64,000 nucleotides of DNA from the human T2T-CHM13v2.0 reference genome, Homo sapiens, in assembly GCF_009914755.1 (NCBI RefSeq), contig NC_060925.1. One strand, written 5' to 3'. The notes under the pieces are model-generated. The model saw nothing but the letters and a program-made list of their open reading frames with translations, was not told the DNA's origin and searched no databases. This document shows positions 35,381 through 58,409 of this stretch, one piece after another (within the stretch, counting starts at the first letter, position 1; every line of letters begins with the position of its first letter). A program made the position numbers and the translations under genes.

Positions 35381-35792
35381 TTGGTTTATATCTTTTGAGT
35401 TACTTTGAGAACACCTATGTTCTTCAAGTGTTTCTTAAAAAACTGGTACACAGGATGAGGTTCTTAACATAGCCTACAAGGTCCTAGATAATGTGGTTCC
35501 TACCCACATCTCCAGAGGCACTATTCACGTTTCCCTCCCCTAAGGTGCAGATAAATCAACAATGTGGGTTCCGGCTTCTGTGTCTTTACTCCCATTATTC
35601 CCTCCATCTGGGCTGCTTTTTCTCTTCCTCCTCTCACCCAGCTCCTGAAAAACTCTTACATTTCCTTCCGTATTTTGGCAGAACATTACCTCTTCTCTGG
35701 GCAGCCTTCACACTGCCCCCCACTTCCCTCTACATAATTGATCTCTCTCCTTTGTGCCTCTCCTACCGCATCTTTATATACCCCCTTTATAG

Positions 35793-36147
35793 AGTGTCCA
35801 TCTGCTGCTGCTGCTATAACAAAATACCTGAGACTGGATAACATATAAAAAATAGAAATTTATTTTCTCACACTTCTGGAGGCTGAGAAGTCCAAGATCA
35901 AGGTGCCACCTTAACCACTGCATCCTCTGAAGGGGAAGAACACCATGTCCTCACATGGCAGAAGGGACAGAAGGTCAGAAAGGGACAAACACTGTGTGAA
36001 ACCTCTCTCATAAGGCATGAATCCTACTCACAAAGGCAGAGCCCTCATGACTTAGTCACCTCCTAAAGGGCCTGCCTCTTAATAATATCACATTGGTGAT
36101 TAAGTTTCAACATATGAATTTTGGAGGACACATACAGACCGTAGCAA
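35793..36147 (-). mobile_element. MaLR solo LTR (MLT1A/MST-like)
   Basis: gctgctataacaaaatacctgagactgg ... ttttggaggacacatacagaccgtagca. Confidence 0.8.
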
Positions 36148-36479
36148 AGGGGCTCTGCATTACATGTTTACATATCACTCTCTTCCACTAGACAGTTGCT
36201 TCTTGAGGACAGTGGCAGGCAAGGGTGCCTAACACAGTTTAGATATTTTAGTTGATTGAATCAATGGAAACAAGGAAAATGATTAAATTTCTTCCTTGAC
36301 TGCTAGCTTCAAAAGGAAAAATAACTAAAACATTGTAATTTAAGAAACATCCTTGCAGAAAAAATATTATAGAAGTAACAATGACCCTCATAATAAAAAG
36401 CAAATATATACATATATACACATTTTTACACATTTTAAAAAACATACCTGGAATAGAACCAGAGAAGAACACTAATCCT

Positions 36480-36690
36480 CAAGCCACACACTACTGCTGA
36501 CACTTAGTAGTTTTGTGACCTTGGGCAAATTACTAGACATCACTGTGCTTCAATTTCCTCACCTGTAAAATGGGGATAACAATAGTACCCACCTCATAGA
36601 GTTACAATGAGAATTAAATGAGTTAATGAATGTAAAGTGCTTAGAACATAATATGAGTGTTTATTACAATTACTGTTATCACTAGTATTA
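36480..36690 (+). mobile_element. MIR SINE (other MIR fragments near 660-830, 9925-10060, 20460-20670, 28830-29050)
   Basis: Core motif gaccttgggcaaattact...ctcacctgtaaaatggggataacaatagtacc. Confidence 0.85.
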
Positions 36691-39269
36691 TTAGGCAGTC
36701 TTCCTCTTTTCACTTACTATTCCTTGATGGTCTTTCTGTGGCAACGCTTAAACTTAACCTCATTCTTTTCAAAGGCTTCAGAGTATTCCATTAGTTGGAT
36801 GCATCATCATGTAACCCTATAGACATTTAAGTTATTGCCATTTTTCAGTGTACAAACAATGCTTGTCCATTCAACTTTGTGCAAGTATAAATTTCTAGAA
36901 GTAGAATTGCTTAGTTAAGGCTACTTTTTAATAAAAAAATTAATAGAATTGAGGAAATTCCAAATTAACAACCTCCAAAGAGTTTATACTCATTTTTTAT
37001 TCCTGCTAACACGGTATGAAAATGAAACCCTCTTTTATAAAGTCAAGAGGGCAGCAATGGAGAACAATGGAAGAGGTGAGATAATATTTCAAGTTCTACC
37101 CTGTGGAAGTATGAAATGCCAGGTACAAATTTTCAAAATCATAAGTTATGATTACAGAAAATAAAAATAAGGGTGCTGATCCAGGCAACTACTGTTTTTC
37201 TCAGCATGATTACTTTATTAATTAACAAATATTTAAGACCTATCACAGGCCATGAACTGCATTGGATTTTCTCAGCTCCAGTAATGATTTGGTTGCTGTG
37301 GACCCCCAGTAAAATGCTATAGAGTTTAATGGAGTCAAGCATTCTCATTAGGTACCCACAAAGATAAGATAGGTGCCATCTCTAGTAGGATTTTTATCTC
37401 TTTCCCATGTTATAGGTACTTAGACTTTGGGGTAAATTTTGGTATTTTAGGTCCTCAGATCTGTTTCCTCACTTCAGTAATATTAATCACAGAATTATAT
37501 ATGGAGTATTTACACATCATTGGGTGAAACTGAATAAATATTGAAATATATCTTAAAAAGTTGTTCAAGATAAGAAAGACTGAATTAAATGTTCTCACTT
37601 AGGTACAAGTATACTCTATTTGGAAAGGTCAACTTTGTGGGTTGATAAATTTTACATCTTACTGGGTAGAATTACTAGCAAAAACTCTTCTTAGTATTAA
37701 ATGATGTCTTTTTATCAAAACATTGCCGTTAGGTATCCTGTTTTTCATTGAGGGAATATTGATTCTGTACACAGTTTTTTAAAACATAGCTTATATTACT
37801 TCTTTTCTCCACGCTTCTCCCTTTTCCTTGGCCCACTTGCTCCTCTCATAGTGGAATGTATATAGGCCTCTTTTGTTATCCACCTGCATTCACCAGTTTC
37901 CTATTTCACTGCCAACCTAGATCATACCCAGTGACCTGCTGTGCTGCACAGCTGGTTACTTTATAGTCAAGGAGCAAAGGTCATACATGTTTCCTATTTG
38001 AACAATACTTTAAAAATTCTGAGAATCAGCATGGAGCTTCTCTTCTCTGCAGTGCCTTGTACTTTTCTACATTGGACTGCAAAGAATGAACTTATTGTCC
38101 ACTGATGATGAGCCTCACAATGTGCTTCTCTTGTAATTCATTATCTCATTTCACCCTAACCACTGTGAGAAGCAGGTATGGTGAAACAACATATAAACAG
38201 GAAAACAAGGGCTGAGAGGGAGTATTAGACATACACTGCATCCCACAGCTCTAAGTGACTGTGTACAGATTCGGTCCTAGGTCTGTTTAGCATTTATTCT
38301 GTGTTCCTCCACTGGACACTCCTGCCTCCTTTGGGGCAGATGGACAAGACCTACTTTTACAAGACGTTCTGGCAATGTCAATGCTTTCTTCAATGACCAA
38401 GTTTAGTGTTTATCAACCCTATGAAGAAGGATAAGCAGGATAAAGGAACAGTAATGTGTTGAAGTCATAGTCAATCATGACTCATTCACAAATAGCATAC
38501 CAGACACCAAGTTAGGCACTGGAAATACGAAGACATTTCAAGCTCAATGTATTTACAACTGAACTTTATATAAATCTCTCCCAAATAAGTTGCTTCTTTG
38601 AATCTCCAATTTTAGTGAATTGACCTCACTATCCACCTATTTACTGTGGTTCTGCTCTCTGTATAATCACCCTGCAAGCACTCTTTAACCCCCACCAAAC
38701 TAGTTTTACCCCCTCCAATACACTGAAGCTGTTCACTGCAAAGTTACCCATGACCTCCATGGGACTACACCCAATGAGCACTCTTAGTCCTCCTGCTTGA
38801 CCACTCTACAGCATTTACATTGCTGATATTCTCCCTTCTTTTAGCTACACCCTCTTCCCTTGACTTCTGAAGCCCCATACTCTCTGAAACCTCTCCTCGT
38901 ACTCTGGCTGCTCCTTCTCATCCTGCTTTGCTGGTTCCTCCTCTTCTCACAGACCTTTAAAGTTTTACATTCCTCAGGGCTCAGTCTTGGGTCTTCTCTA
39001 TTCTATGTATTCTTACTAAATCTCATTCCATTCCATGGTTTCAGTTATGACTTATTGTTTGCCAGTGCTTACCAAATCTACATTACTTATGTTCTCTCTA
39101 ACTCCAGATTAATGTGTCTGACTGCCTCCTGAATATCTTCACTTGGATAACTCTCTGTTATGCTGCTCAACATGCCTGAAACTAATCTTGTCATTATCCC
39201 TTTTACTCCAACATTCTGCTTCTCTATTGTTCTTCACTGTATCAGGTAATGAATCCTGACAGTTGAGAT

Positions 39270-42200
39270 CCTAGTTGTCTTATTTTGCCATCCAAAATGC
39301 TTACTACTTTGCATTTATCAGATCTGAACAACATAATTTAATCAATGTGTTGAACCAGTTTATTTTGTATGAGAATATTAAGATGATCAAGATCTCTGTG
39401 AACTATATTATGGCAAAGAGTAAAAGATTGGATGTCAATCCAATGATGCTATACTGCTGGCCCTGACATGTAAGAGGTAAACTGTTTTAGTTGGACCCTA
39501 TAAATTAATATAGAGACAAAACATTTGCCATGTTAATAGCTACACACTAGGTGTCAGGAAATGTCATGGTGATTTGCCCTAGTAACACTACGTCTGGAGC
39601 ATCAACTAACATTGGAGTCACCTCCTGATTAAGTTTATAACCACACTCAGTTATTTGCTAAGATTTCTCTTCTGCATTGGACAAACAGGTGACTTAAATG
39701 GAGATGTGATAGGATTCATCCATCTTTCAAGTCTTTGATGATGGCACTAATCTCTGCAACTCCTCTAAAGATGTGGCATATCTTTTTTTGTACTGTCCTG
39801 AAAGGGAAGGAAAGCTCCAGAGGCTTCCTCTTTCTACTATCGTGGTCCTTATTCCATGGGTCACACAGACACTGTGAGGATTTTACCAGCTGCCTAGAAT
39901 ATCTATTATGCCTAAACATATGTCTCTTCCAATTATACATTCAAGAGCTGGAGACAAAAACACACAGTGGATTTGTGGACCTACTGAGCACATCGTGTTT
40001 CAAAGTTGGGCTAGGTCTCCAATTATCACCTGACTCACTTCTATAGTCTAAATGTGTGTGTCCCCCAACAAATTCATGTATTGAAATTGTCATGTGAAAA
40101 TAGAGATGAATCTCTAAGTAAAAAGGTTTTGTTTGGGAATAGTATACAAGACGTAGGATTGTAATTTGGGACATATATACAAACCAGGATGGCCTCCAGT
40201 ATATATGGAGAACAGAGTAAAAGGTTAGGATTTTATTGGAGAAAGAGGAGATTTATGCAAGTTGTTTTAAAAGAAAGTTTTTTGGTGCTGGCAGCATCTT
40301 ACAAGAGCTGAAGAGTTTTGATATGTGAATGTCAGTGGTCCTTAGGAAGGACTTGTAATCTTGGAGTTTCAGTTAGGCCTTTACATTTAGAATTGGGTTT
40401 GTGAGTCAGTGTGTCAGGCATGTGTTCTTGTGTAAGCGGCTAGCTGTCCTTGTGCTGCCAGCTGTCTTTGTGTGACTCACGTAGTAAACTGTGGTTTGGA
40501 AAAATGTCCTGTGATAGTTTGTGTTATCAGGCAAACTGTGTGTGAGAGCCCTACCAGCATAGCCTTCTCTAGCTCCATTTTGCTAGGGTTTGACACAAGT
40601 GACTACATTTTGAATCTGACAATGTTCACAAAATCCTAACCTCTAAGGTGATAGTTTTAGGAGGTGAGGTCTTTAGGAGGTGATTAGGTCAGGAGGGTGA
40701 AGACTTCATGAAAAGAATTGGTACCCTTACAAAAGAGCCCTGAGAGAGACCCTTTACCCCTTCCAACATGTGAGGACACAGCTGGAAGATACCACCTATG
40801 AACCAGAAATCAGGCACTCACCAGACACCAAATCAGCCTGCATCTTGATCTTGGATTTCCCAGCCTTCAACTGGGAGAAATGAATTTCTGTTGTTTATAA
40901 GCTACCCAGTAATATTTCATTAAAACAGCTTGAACTGACTAAGACGCTACATAAGCCCCCAGTTTAACTGGTAGACTGCAGGACTGTAAGTGCCCAGGAA
41001 TTAGTATCGGTTGGCCAGTGTTTGATAATCCCACAAAAGGTCTGGGTATTTCCTTTTTGTTACTACACAGTCACCCTAGTAAATGGCAGCAGTTTCCTTT
41101 GAGGAAGACTTGAAAGAAGATATACAGTATACACTTGTGGCTATGATATAGGGCCTTCCTCAAAGAGACCTGATCTCTCCTTCAATCCAAGAGATTCTCG
41201 TATTGTACATGGCTTAGGTCTGGAAACTGAATAAAAGACCGTGACTGTCCATTTCTGAGACTCCAGTCAGTTTTCTTTGCTGTCAGGTCTGGTTTTTACT
41301 GTTATAGAGATTAAGGACCATTTTACTAGGTTGTCTAACTATTTCATTCTTAGGGACATTATAATCAATAGGATACTGCCCAAAATTCCTATGGCTTAAA
41401 ACTATGATTACCACTATGTTACTGCTTTCCTTTTATAATAAATATGCCCCCTACCTTGTCTTCTGTGGTTAAGTACTACTGCTTGCCTCTGATACTCCAG
41501 AACTTCCAACATCTCTATTAAATTGCGGAGCCCATCTCAATACTGAAAATTCCCATTATACCTAGCTTACAGAGCACAGCCACAACAGAACTTCTCAAGG
41601 ATGTACATGGTCTATACACAAGTGTGTTTCTCTACATGTCAGTTATGGGATTTCCTCTGGATTCTCTCAAGGATGTTGAGGGATGGGTGTGTAGATTACA
41701 TGTGATAAATATGCTCCACCATTCCTGTTTCCCTAAGCACTGGAATCTTTTCCTCAACATTATAATATGGAAAGTTCTGGTATCTCAACCTCATTAAATA
41801 GACCCTGCTGTTGTGCCCAACTGTCAGTAAACAAACATATTAAATTGTTGGAATGCTTCCACCTGCATGAGCCAACACATTAAATCCAGAACCTCAGGTA
41901 AGTACACCCTTATCAATACGTTTGGCCGAATCCAGTGTTATATTTCATCTTCCTTAAGCTCCATTCCTATACGTATTCCCTAGGTTGATGGTGATATAAA
42001 TTAGAAAAATCTTGCAATTCTTTTGGTTTACCACCTGCTTCCTCCTAAGTTAAACTTCATGCTGGCTCTTTGGGGTGTGTTGATATCTGACCTAGTTATG
42101 GGTATAGTGGATAGAGTTTTCAAGCAAGAGAAGGCTAATCTGTCAGACACAGGAGGCTCCCACTGTCAGAAGAGGCTCAAAATGACTTGACAATTCAAAA

Positions 42201-43521
42201 TTCTTAACCCCATTTAAGCCCAAACAAATGTGTACTCATTCCAAGTTTTAGGGTCATTTTCTTTCCATTTTTTTTAACTTCTACATGAGAGACCTAGCAA
42301 GGTTGTAAATTCAACTGATGTTGTAAAAATTGTAAACTGGCCTATTAAGCCTTTTTTTATTTTTAACAATATCAGCCCTGTGGCTGCAAGAAAAGAGAGA
42401 TTCTTTTAGGACTGCCATAGAATCATTTTGGCACTCTAATGAGACTTTATGAAGAATGTAAAGACCTGAGTTTGTTATTCTTTCTGTATGTGTTTTATTA
42501 AACTCAAGAATCTATCCCACACCACAGTCCTCACAGTCATTACTACTGCTAACAGTTAGATGTAGCAGGCCCATGCTCCTAAGGCACTTGGTTCAGTAGG
42601 AATATCATCACAATTAACTGCAGGTGACAATTTAATGAATCATGATACTTCTGCATGACATGGGTTACCAGAATTTATTTCACATTAGTGGGGAGCTCAG
42701 CACTTCATTCAAGCTCAAGGACAGAACCAAACAAATCCCAAATCCCAACTTCTAAAGTCTATTCTAGAACCAATTTCTATATCAATCAAGGTCCAGTCAA
42801 GAGACAGAAACCACACGTTATTTGATTAGAGATAATTTTACATTAAAAAATGTTAACTAGGTAAATGAAAGTTTAAAAAGAAACACTTCAAAAGCCCCCC
42901 AAACCATAAGGTATCATGGAGGTAGCAACTGCAGGAAGGGCTGAGGGAACAAAGGAAAGAGGCTAGAATTATCAAAACTTAGAAACTTAGAAGGGGAACT
43001 CCAATAGCTAAAACTCAAGATTTCTGAGGAAGAAATGCTGCTCAAGTGATTCTAGGGTCTTTGGGTTCAAAAGAGGATCCCCATAAGCCTGAAATTCAGA
43101 CCTTTGAAGAGAGAGCACTATCTGGTTAGTGCTGTGGGCTTAGTGTCACGTGGGGTGGGAGGGGAGTAGGGGCGGGAAGGGTAGGAGGGGGAGTGGAACG
43201 GGAACACAGTGTTGTGATATAGGCTGTTCTCTAAATTTAGGGAAAACTGCAAACTGAATTCAACTACTGCTAAGGGAAGAACTTGCTACTTCTGGGACGA
43301 AGAATCATTGCTAGACTGAGGCTACTAGGAAGCACATGGGAAAAAGCATTTCTTTTCTCCTCCTCCAGCTACCCAGTATCCCTCTAGTGCCACGTATGGA
43401 AGAGTTTACGTAGAGCCAGCCAGCAAAGCAGAAATGTGTTTTGCAAAATACAAGCATCAGCTTCACAAAGTAGAATATAGAAGAGTAGGTTTCCAGCTGA
43501 GAGACAATTAATATGTGGCAC
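39270..43521 (-). mobile_element. Ancient ERVL provirus remnant: LTR (~42777-43521) plus degenerate gag/pro/5' pol, 3'-truncated
   Basis: ORF 39716..39940 ends ...GVAEISAIIKDLKDG, resembling HERV-L pol GIAEISATIKDLKDAG; ERVL-type LTR end and leader junction at ~42777. Confidence 0.72.
40040..40946 (+). mobile_element. MLT1A-like LTR interrupted by an ERV1-class LTR (MER31/MER67-like, ~40093-40630, minus strand)
   Basis: MLT1A motifs resume after a TG...CA bounded insert. Confidence 0.72.
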
Positions 43522-43751
43522 ACCCATTTTAGTAAACATATCGCCATATGCCAAGTTGCCACCTTAGAAGTCTAGTAGTCATTCTCAGAACCTGTCTCTT
43601 CTAACTTGCCATATATAAGCTGCTAAATATCTCTCAAGTCTGAATCCACTACCATAGCCATCATTATCAAGATGTCTGCAATGACATCCTAACTAGTCTT
43701 CAGGATAGATGACTCTTCCTCTCCAATTCATTCTGTAAAAATGCAGATCTG

Positions 43752-44098
<347 letters not shown>

Positions 44099-45317
44099 TC
44101 AATTTTGCTCTCCCTTCTCTATTTATGCTTGTTGTTCTTTTACTTTGTCAAACACATCTTCTCATTCTTGGACCTTTGCATCTGTTCATCACTTGGCTTA
44201 TGGACTAACCTCCCATTCCTACAAACTCCAACTTCCTCCTCTGGCTAACTCCTTTAAGTCTCAAGTAAAGTACATAATCTTCAGTGAGGTCTTCCTGAGC
44301 CCCAGATATCATTCCTACATGCTCCTTTAGAGGCATAATAACTGGAGTTACTAATTAAAATATTATTTTCCTCCCCTCTGCCTATTGCCTTACCCTCACC
44401 ATTCACATTCAAGCCATAATGCATAGGCTGCTGTTTATCCCGGATGGTTGCTATTAGAATGTACTAAGATGTATGATGCAGGTTCTTAGATTCTGTACTT
44501 AAAATTTAATAAATATTTAATAAATATTTTAGAATCTTTTTTCCCCTGCCTATTCATTCTAAACTAGATAAACAATTTGGAAACCTCTACTCTCACAGTC
44601 TTCGCCAACTTAGTTGATGGACATGCTATCCTTCTAGTTGCTTGGAACAAAAACCTTTAATTCCTCTCTTTCTCTCACAGCCCACATCTAACCCTCAGCA
44701 ACTCACATCAGTGCTATCTTTAAAATAGATCTATATTCCAACATTTATTACTTCCTGTACTCATGCCTTAGTCCAAGCCACCATCTGCTCTTGCTGAAAT
44801 ATTGTAATTGTCTCATCATTAGTTCCCTGCTTCCATCTTGGACTCATATTTTCCCATCAATCCTTTCTGCACACAGCACTCAATGATCTTTTAAAAGATA
44901 AGTCAGATATCACTCCTCTGCTCAAAAACATTCCATCACTTCTGTTCTTTCTCTGAATAAAATTCAATGCCTTACAGTGGCTGTAAGACCTTATATAATC
45001 TGGCCTCTTGTTACTTTTGTGATAAGATCCTCTACTCCTCTTCACACCACTTCACTCCACTCCACTGGCTGGTGCTGTTCACTAATGAGGGTGGTAAGGG
45101 AGGTGGCAGGGGTGGTGTGGTAATGAGGCTAATTCTGCAAATTCAAGAAGAACTACAAACTCCATTCAGCTACTGCTATGGGAAGACTTTGCTGCTGCTG
45201 GGGTGAAGAAATAATTGTTGGAGTAATGCTACCAGGAATCAAACAAGAATTTCCCACCTCCTCCTCTAGCCTCCTTACTGTTCTTAGACTACTTCAACCA
45301 CACTTTACTTCAGGGCC

Positions 45318-45390
45318 TTTGCATTTATTATTATACTGCCTGCCTGAAACACTATTTGCACTTATTATTATACTGCCTGCCTGAAACACT
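45318..45390. repeat. 37-bp tandem duplication (one mismatch) within an L2 fragment
   Basis: tttgca(t/c)ttattattatactgcctgcctgaaacact twice. Confidence 0.92.
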
Positions 45391-46093
45391 CTTTCTACAG
45401 ATGGTTCACTTCCTCACTTAATTCAGGTCTTAACTCAAATGTCTCCTTATCGAAGTGGTCTTCTCAAAACTGAAAAAAGAAATGAATGAACTAAATAAAT
45501 GAAGAGCTATACTATTCATTGATAGAAATGCTCAATATTGTTAGGATATTAATTCTCTCCAAATGTATCTACAGTTTTAAGGTAATTCCTATCAAAATTC
45601 CAGCAAGATTTTTTATAGATAATGACAAGATTATTCTAAAATGTATATGAAAAGACAAAGAAAATAGAATGATCAAAAAATTATAAATAAGAAGAAAAAA
45701 CTTGTAGAACCCACACTACCCAATTTCGTGAGTCACTATAAAGCTACAGTAATTAAGACTGTGGTACTAGCATAAGGATATTCATATAGATAAGTGGGGT
45801 GGAATAGAGAACCCAGAAATAAATACACAAATATGGTTGCCTAATTTTTGACAAAGGCACACAATTTCAATGGAAAAAGAATAGTCATTTACATAAATAG
45901 TGATGGAATAGTTGGATGTTCATATGCCAGAAAGGAACCTCAGCATATACTTCACAGCTTATATAAAAATTAACTAAAAATAGATCATAGGTCTCAATGT
46001 AAAACCTAAAACCATAAAACTTCTAGAAGAAAACAGGAGAAAATCTCTATGAATTTGATGATGAATTTTGTGTTTTTTCATTAAAAAACATGC

Positions 46094-53852
<7,759 letters not shown>

Positions 53853-54916
53853 GTGATGAGTTTTAAGATACAACACAAAAATCACATTCCGTAAAATTAA
53901 AAAACAGATAAGTTGGACTTTATCAAAATTAAAAACTTTTGTTTTGCCAAAGACAATGCTAAGAGAATGATAAGACATGCCACAGACAAAGGGAAAATAC
54001 TTGTAAATTACATATTGTATAAGAGTTCTATCCAGAATGTAGGAGCTCTTACAACTCACTAATAAGAAACAAATAAGCAATTAAATATGGGAAACATCTG
54101 AACAGACACTTTGCCAAAGAAGATATATAGTTAGCAAATAGATATGTGAAAAGATGCTTGACATCATTTTTCTTTAGGAAAATGTAAATTAAAACCACAA
54201 TGAAATACCACTACACACCTATTACAATATGTGTTCACAAATACTTGATATTTCTTCCTTCAGGAGGTAGAGCTTATTTCTCCTACCCTTGAATGTATGC
54301 TGACTTTTAGTGACTCTAGCAAATATTCTGACAAATAAGAGTGAGGAAAAGGAAAAATAATAGCTTTACAACAGAAAAACATGGAAGACACTACCTTAAC
54401 CAAGTGATCAAGTTTAATATCACCAGTAAAGTTATGTTGTTGACATGTTCTAATGGATATGATGTGATAAGAAGAACACTTCACTTCTATAGTATTGTTC
54501 CCCAGAACTCATAACCCCAGTCTAACCATAAGAAAACATCAGATAGACCTTCTACAAAATATTTGGCCAATATTCTTCAAAACTCTCAAGGTCATAAAAA
54601 TAAGAAAGGACTGAACAATTATCACAGATTGGAGAACAGTTTGGAGACATGATGATTAAATTCAGTGGGATATCCTGAATTGGATCCTGGAACAGAAAAA
54701 GGACATTGTAGAAAAACTGGTGTGATTCAAAGAAAATTTTGGTTTTTTTTTTTTTTTTTTTAGTGCTCTTCCTTGGCCAATCTATCTAAAATGTCATACT
54801 TCCTGGGCTTCCTGTCCTCTAACCTTGTCTTATTTTTCTTTTTAGCTTTGCCACTTCTTGACTATGTTATATTTGTTTATTGTTTGTCTTCTCCCAATAA
54901 AATATCAGCTCTATGA

Positions 54917-56390
54917 GAAGGAGTGGATCCAAGTTTTATGATTCACAAACAAGAAGATTTTGTGAGCCCTATATAAGAAAAATAAAGAATGTTAAATGAG
55001 GTACAAAATATGTATCTAATTAAAATAAGAAAAGAAATCAGAACAAAGACTTTTTAAAAATCTAGGTAGCAAAAAATTAATACAATATTTTTATTAATTC
55101 AGCACCTGTCATGCTTCTCTATTTTTTTCTGTTTGGGGCTACATATTAATTTGACTGTCTCTGTATGTGAAAATAATTTTGCAATATATTTCTGATAAAG
55201 ATAATAGAAACATAATTCAGTCTTTCTTCTAGCACTTGGACAGTTTTGTTTTGTTTTGTTTTGGTTTTTTTTGAGACTGAGTCTCACTCTGTTGCCAAGG
55301 CTGTAGTGCAGTGACATGATCTCAGCTCACTGCAACCTCTACCTCCTGGGTTCAAGCGATTCTCATGCCTCAGCCTCTCGAGTAGCTGAGACTACAGGCG
55401 TGAGCCACCGTGCCGGGCTAATTTTTTTTTCTTTTTTTTGTATTTTTAGTAGAGACGGGGTTTCACCATGTTGCTCAGGTTGGGCTCAAACTCCTGACCT
55501 CAGGTGATCCACTCGTGGAGGCCTCCCAAAGTGCCAGGATTACAGGCATGAGCCGCTGCGCCCGGCTGGCCAGTTTGTTTTTATTATTGATAAATGGAAC
55601 TTCCAAAACATGCATCCTAACACCCAGACAAGCCTACTGAAATATTGCTACAAATCTGTGCCCTACAAACACAGGAATTCTAATGAATTCTATTTTGTAC
55701 AATTCCCATTAAGAAATGTATAGTGCATTTATAACTGTATACTTTATTGAGTATATTGCCAACAAGAGAGAAGTTTTTTGAGTAAGAATTAATGTAACTC
55801 AAATTCTCTCTAACAATTATATTTGTCTAATGACTGGAAAAGTGTTTCACAACTAGCTTCTGACTTAAATCTTGTTTCAATCTTGCTTCTCCTACTCTGG
55901 TTACAGACTTTTAGAACTTGTTTCTGTAGGACAATTTTATTTCATGGTATATTTTTTGGGTCTGTACTGTTGTGTCACACAGTTAGTAAATTAGCACAAT
56001 AAGCAGTGGTAGTATCCTTGGAAGCTATCCCTACATTAGAACAACTAAATAACTTCATACAGAAGTAACTGCATACCACCTATATACATCCTATTAAGAC
56101 TAGATTAGATCTATTCCTAACCCAACTTCTCCTTAGATGGAGTCCAAAAATATCTTCTGCCACTCAAATATTACCTGATATAAAAAGAAGTGTAATGGTG
56201 AAAAAATTGGAGTGGAGACAGCATTGTTAACAAATTGCAACTAAAATATCTTCTGCAGATTTCATAATTTTTAAAAAATATATAAATGAGTTGAATATGT
56301 TGCTAGGGCCCCTTTTGGGGCCTAAGAAGAATCTCATGCAAGTGAAGAGCCCTGAAGCTTAAACTTCATTAGTTTTTCATCCATGTCCCT
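54917..56390. mobile_element. hAT-Tip100 (Zaphod/MER115-like) DNA transposon fossil interrupted by AluS (~55243-55570, minus)
   Basis: Terminal motif gccctgaagcttaaacttcattag and gtggatccaagtttt at the other end. Confidence 0.5.
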
Positions 56391-58190
56391 AAGAGTAGAA
56401 GACTTTGTTTTTGGTTACATCTATATTCTCAGTACTTAGAATAGTGCCTTACATGAAGTAGGTATACAATAAACATATTTTAAATGAATAAATAACAAAC
56501 GAGTGGTAGGAGGAAGGAAGGAAGTAAAGGAGGAAGCAAGGGAGGTAACGGAGGAAGGGAAAGAGGAAGAGAAGATGTGGAATAGTACTTTGCATAATTT
56601 GTATTATGGAAGCATAACATGGTTTTCCTACACTTGGTGGAAAACAACTAGTGTTACACTTATTTCCAAGGAAGAACATCATACTGGGACACATGAGGTA
56701 GTCTAGGACCCTAAGCTGCACCACATTTTAAGAGAACAAGTCAATACAAGGAGGTAATGGATGAGCCTACTTTGGACTCAGAAGAAGGAAGAACTATGAT
56801 ATGGCCCAGGAGAGTGGAGTACTGGGTAGAAGAAATTTGGATAAAGTCAAAAGAAGAAACTAAAGTTATGATTAAAGGTTTATATACACACATAAATCCA
56901 AGAAAGCACCGCTAAGAAATGTTGGGGTTCCTGAAGTCTTCTCCTAGTGACTCTGGAAAGGCAAGTGTTATTGATAAATCACATAGCTGTGTGTCTACAT
57001 TGGCTCATCAATTCTACTTAGGGTTGATATTCAGTAGCAACATACCGGTATGGCTACCCTGTAGTTGGAATATTTAAATATTTCCATAAGAGCTGGGAAA
57101 GAGTAATTTCCCCAACTCCTTCAAGACTTGACCTACTGCCATGGTCACTCTAGCCCCTAATCTGGAATTCCGTAGATCCCCAGCAACTAAAAGAGTAAGT
57201 CTAGGGTCAAATCCTGCTTCAGCCATAAGTTTGTTGTAATAGGCTGACACCTTTACTGTGCTCATTGTTGAGTCATTTGCATATATTCTGTGGTTCTACT
57301 GAGCAGTCAACATAGCTGTATGGAAGAAACCATGAACTGAGGGGAGGCCTAGTCTCACTCTTTGGTACCCTGTGTGTTAGCCTAGGAATACAGCAATACA
57401 ACCATTTGCTTAGACTGATGGCTCTCTAGGGTTGGGCTTTCCTAGGTTGGAGCACTGGACAGGTAGTCAGCTTTCCCACAACACTACATGAGGGCAGAAA
57501 GCAAATCTCTTCTAGTGACTGTTGCATTTTTAGCAGTTAGCCCAGTGATGGAACATAGTAAACACTTACAAACATTTTTTGTTTAAAAGTTGAACAGTAA
57601 AGAAGAAGGTAGAACTTTAAAGGTCTAGAACTGAAAAAGATCATCTAAAAATCTTAGAAAAAAAATTATTTTAAAAATTTCCCTGTTATGCAGTAGTGAA
57701 TCTGAGGCCTGAAAGATTGAGGGTCTTGCCCAGAAACCATGAGTTATTAACAGGATCTGTTGCAGAACCCTGGCCTCTTGTATCTTCATTCAGTGTTTTT
57801 TTTTTTTTTCCTATATTGGGCTTCTCCACTCAGATCCAAGGAGACAGGTAACCCCAGTCCGAATTTCTCACAGCATGGAGAAATTCAGAGATGAACACAA
57901 TTCTCTATCACCCTGTGGGAACTGAAAATTTTAAGTGAATATCGGAGTTACGCAAGGAAGTAATCTCATATAACAGCAGCAACTGTTTTGCTTTGCTCCT
58001 ATTCTTGGAACTAGTGGGCAGGGTGAGGTCAAGAGTTTGAGCAGAGTAGAAAGTTTGGAACAGCCATTGTAGAATGTGTGAGGGGAAGACAATAGGAGTT
58101 GAACATGAAGATTGTTGAAGGTTGGAAGAATGAGGAAGAAGTTATTCAACTTCTGATGATTGCCCATGGACCAGTTACTCAGCATGGTAG

Positions 58191-58372
58191 ATTTATTTAT
58201 TTATTTATTTATGAGACAATCTTGCTTTGTCACCCAGGCTGGAGTGCAGTGAGTGGCATCTTGGGTCACTGCAGCCTTGACCTCCTGAGCTCAAGGTGAT
58301 ACTCCCACATCAGCCTCCTGAGTAGCTGGGATGACAGGTGACAGGCATGCACCACCGTAACCAGCTGGTTTT
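58191..58372 (-). mobile_element. AluJ-like right arm; L1HS begins at its A-rich linker position
   Basis: (TTTA)n tail and right-arm motifs, then abrupt change to (GTTTT)n and L1 3'UTR. Confidence 0.85.
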
Positions 58373-58378
58373 TTAGTG

Positions 58379-58409
<31 letters not shown>

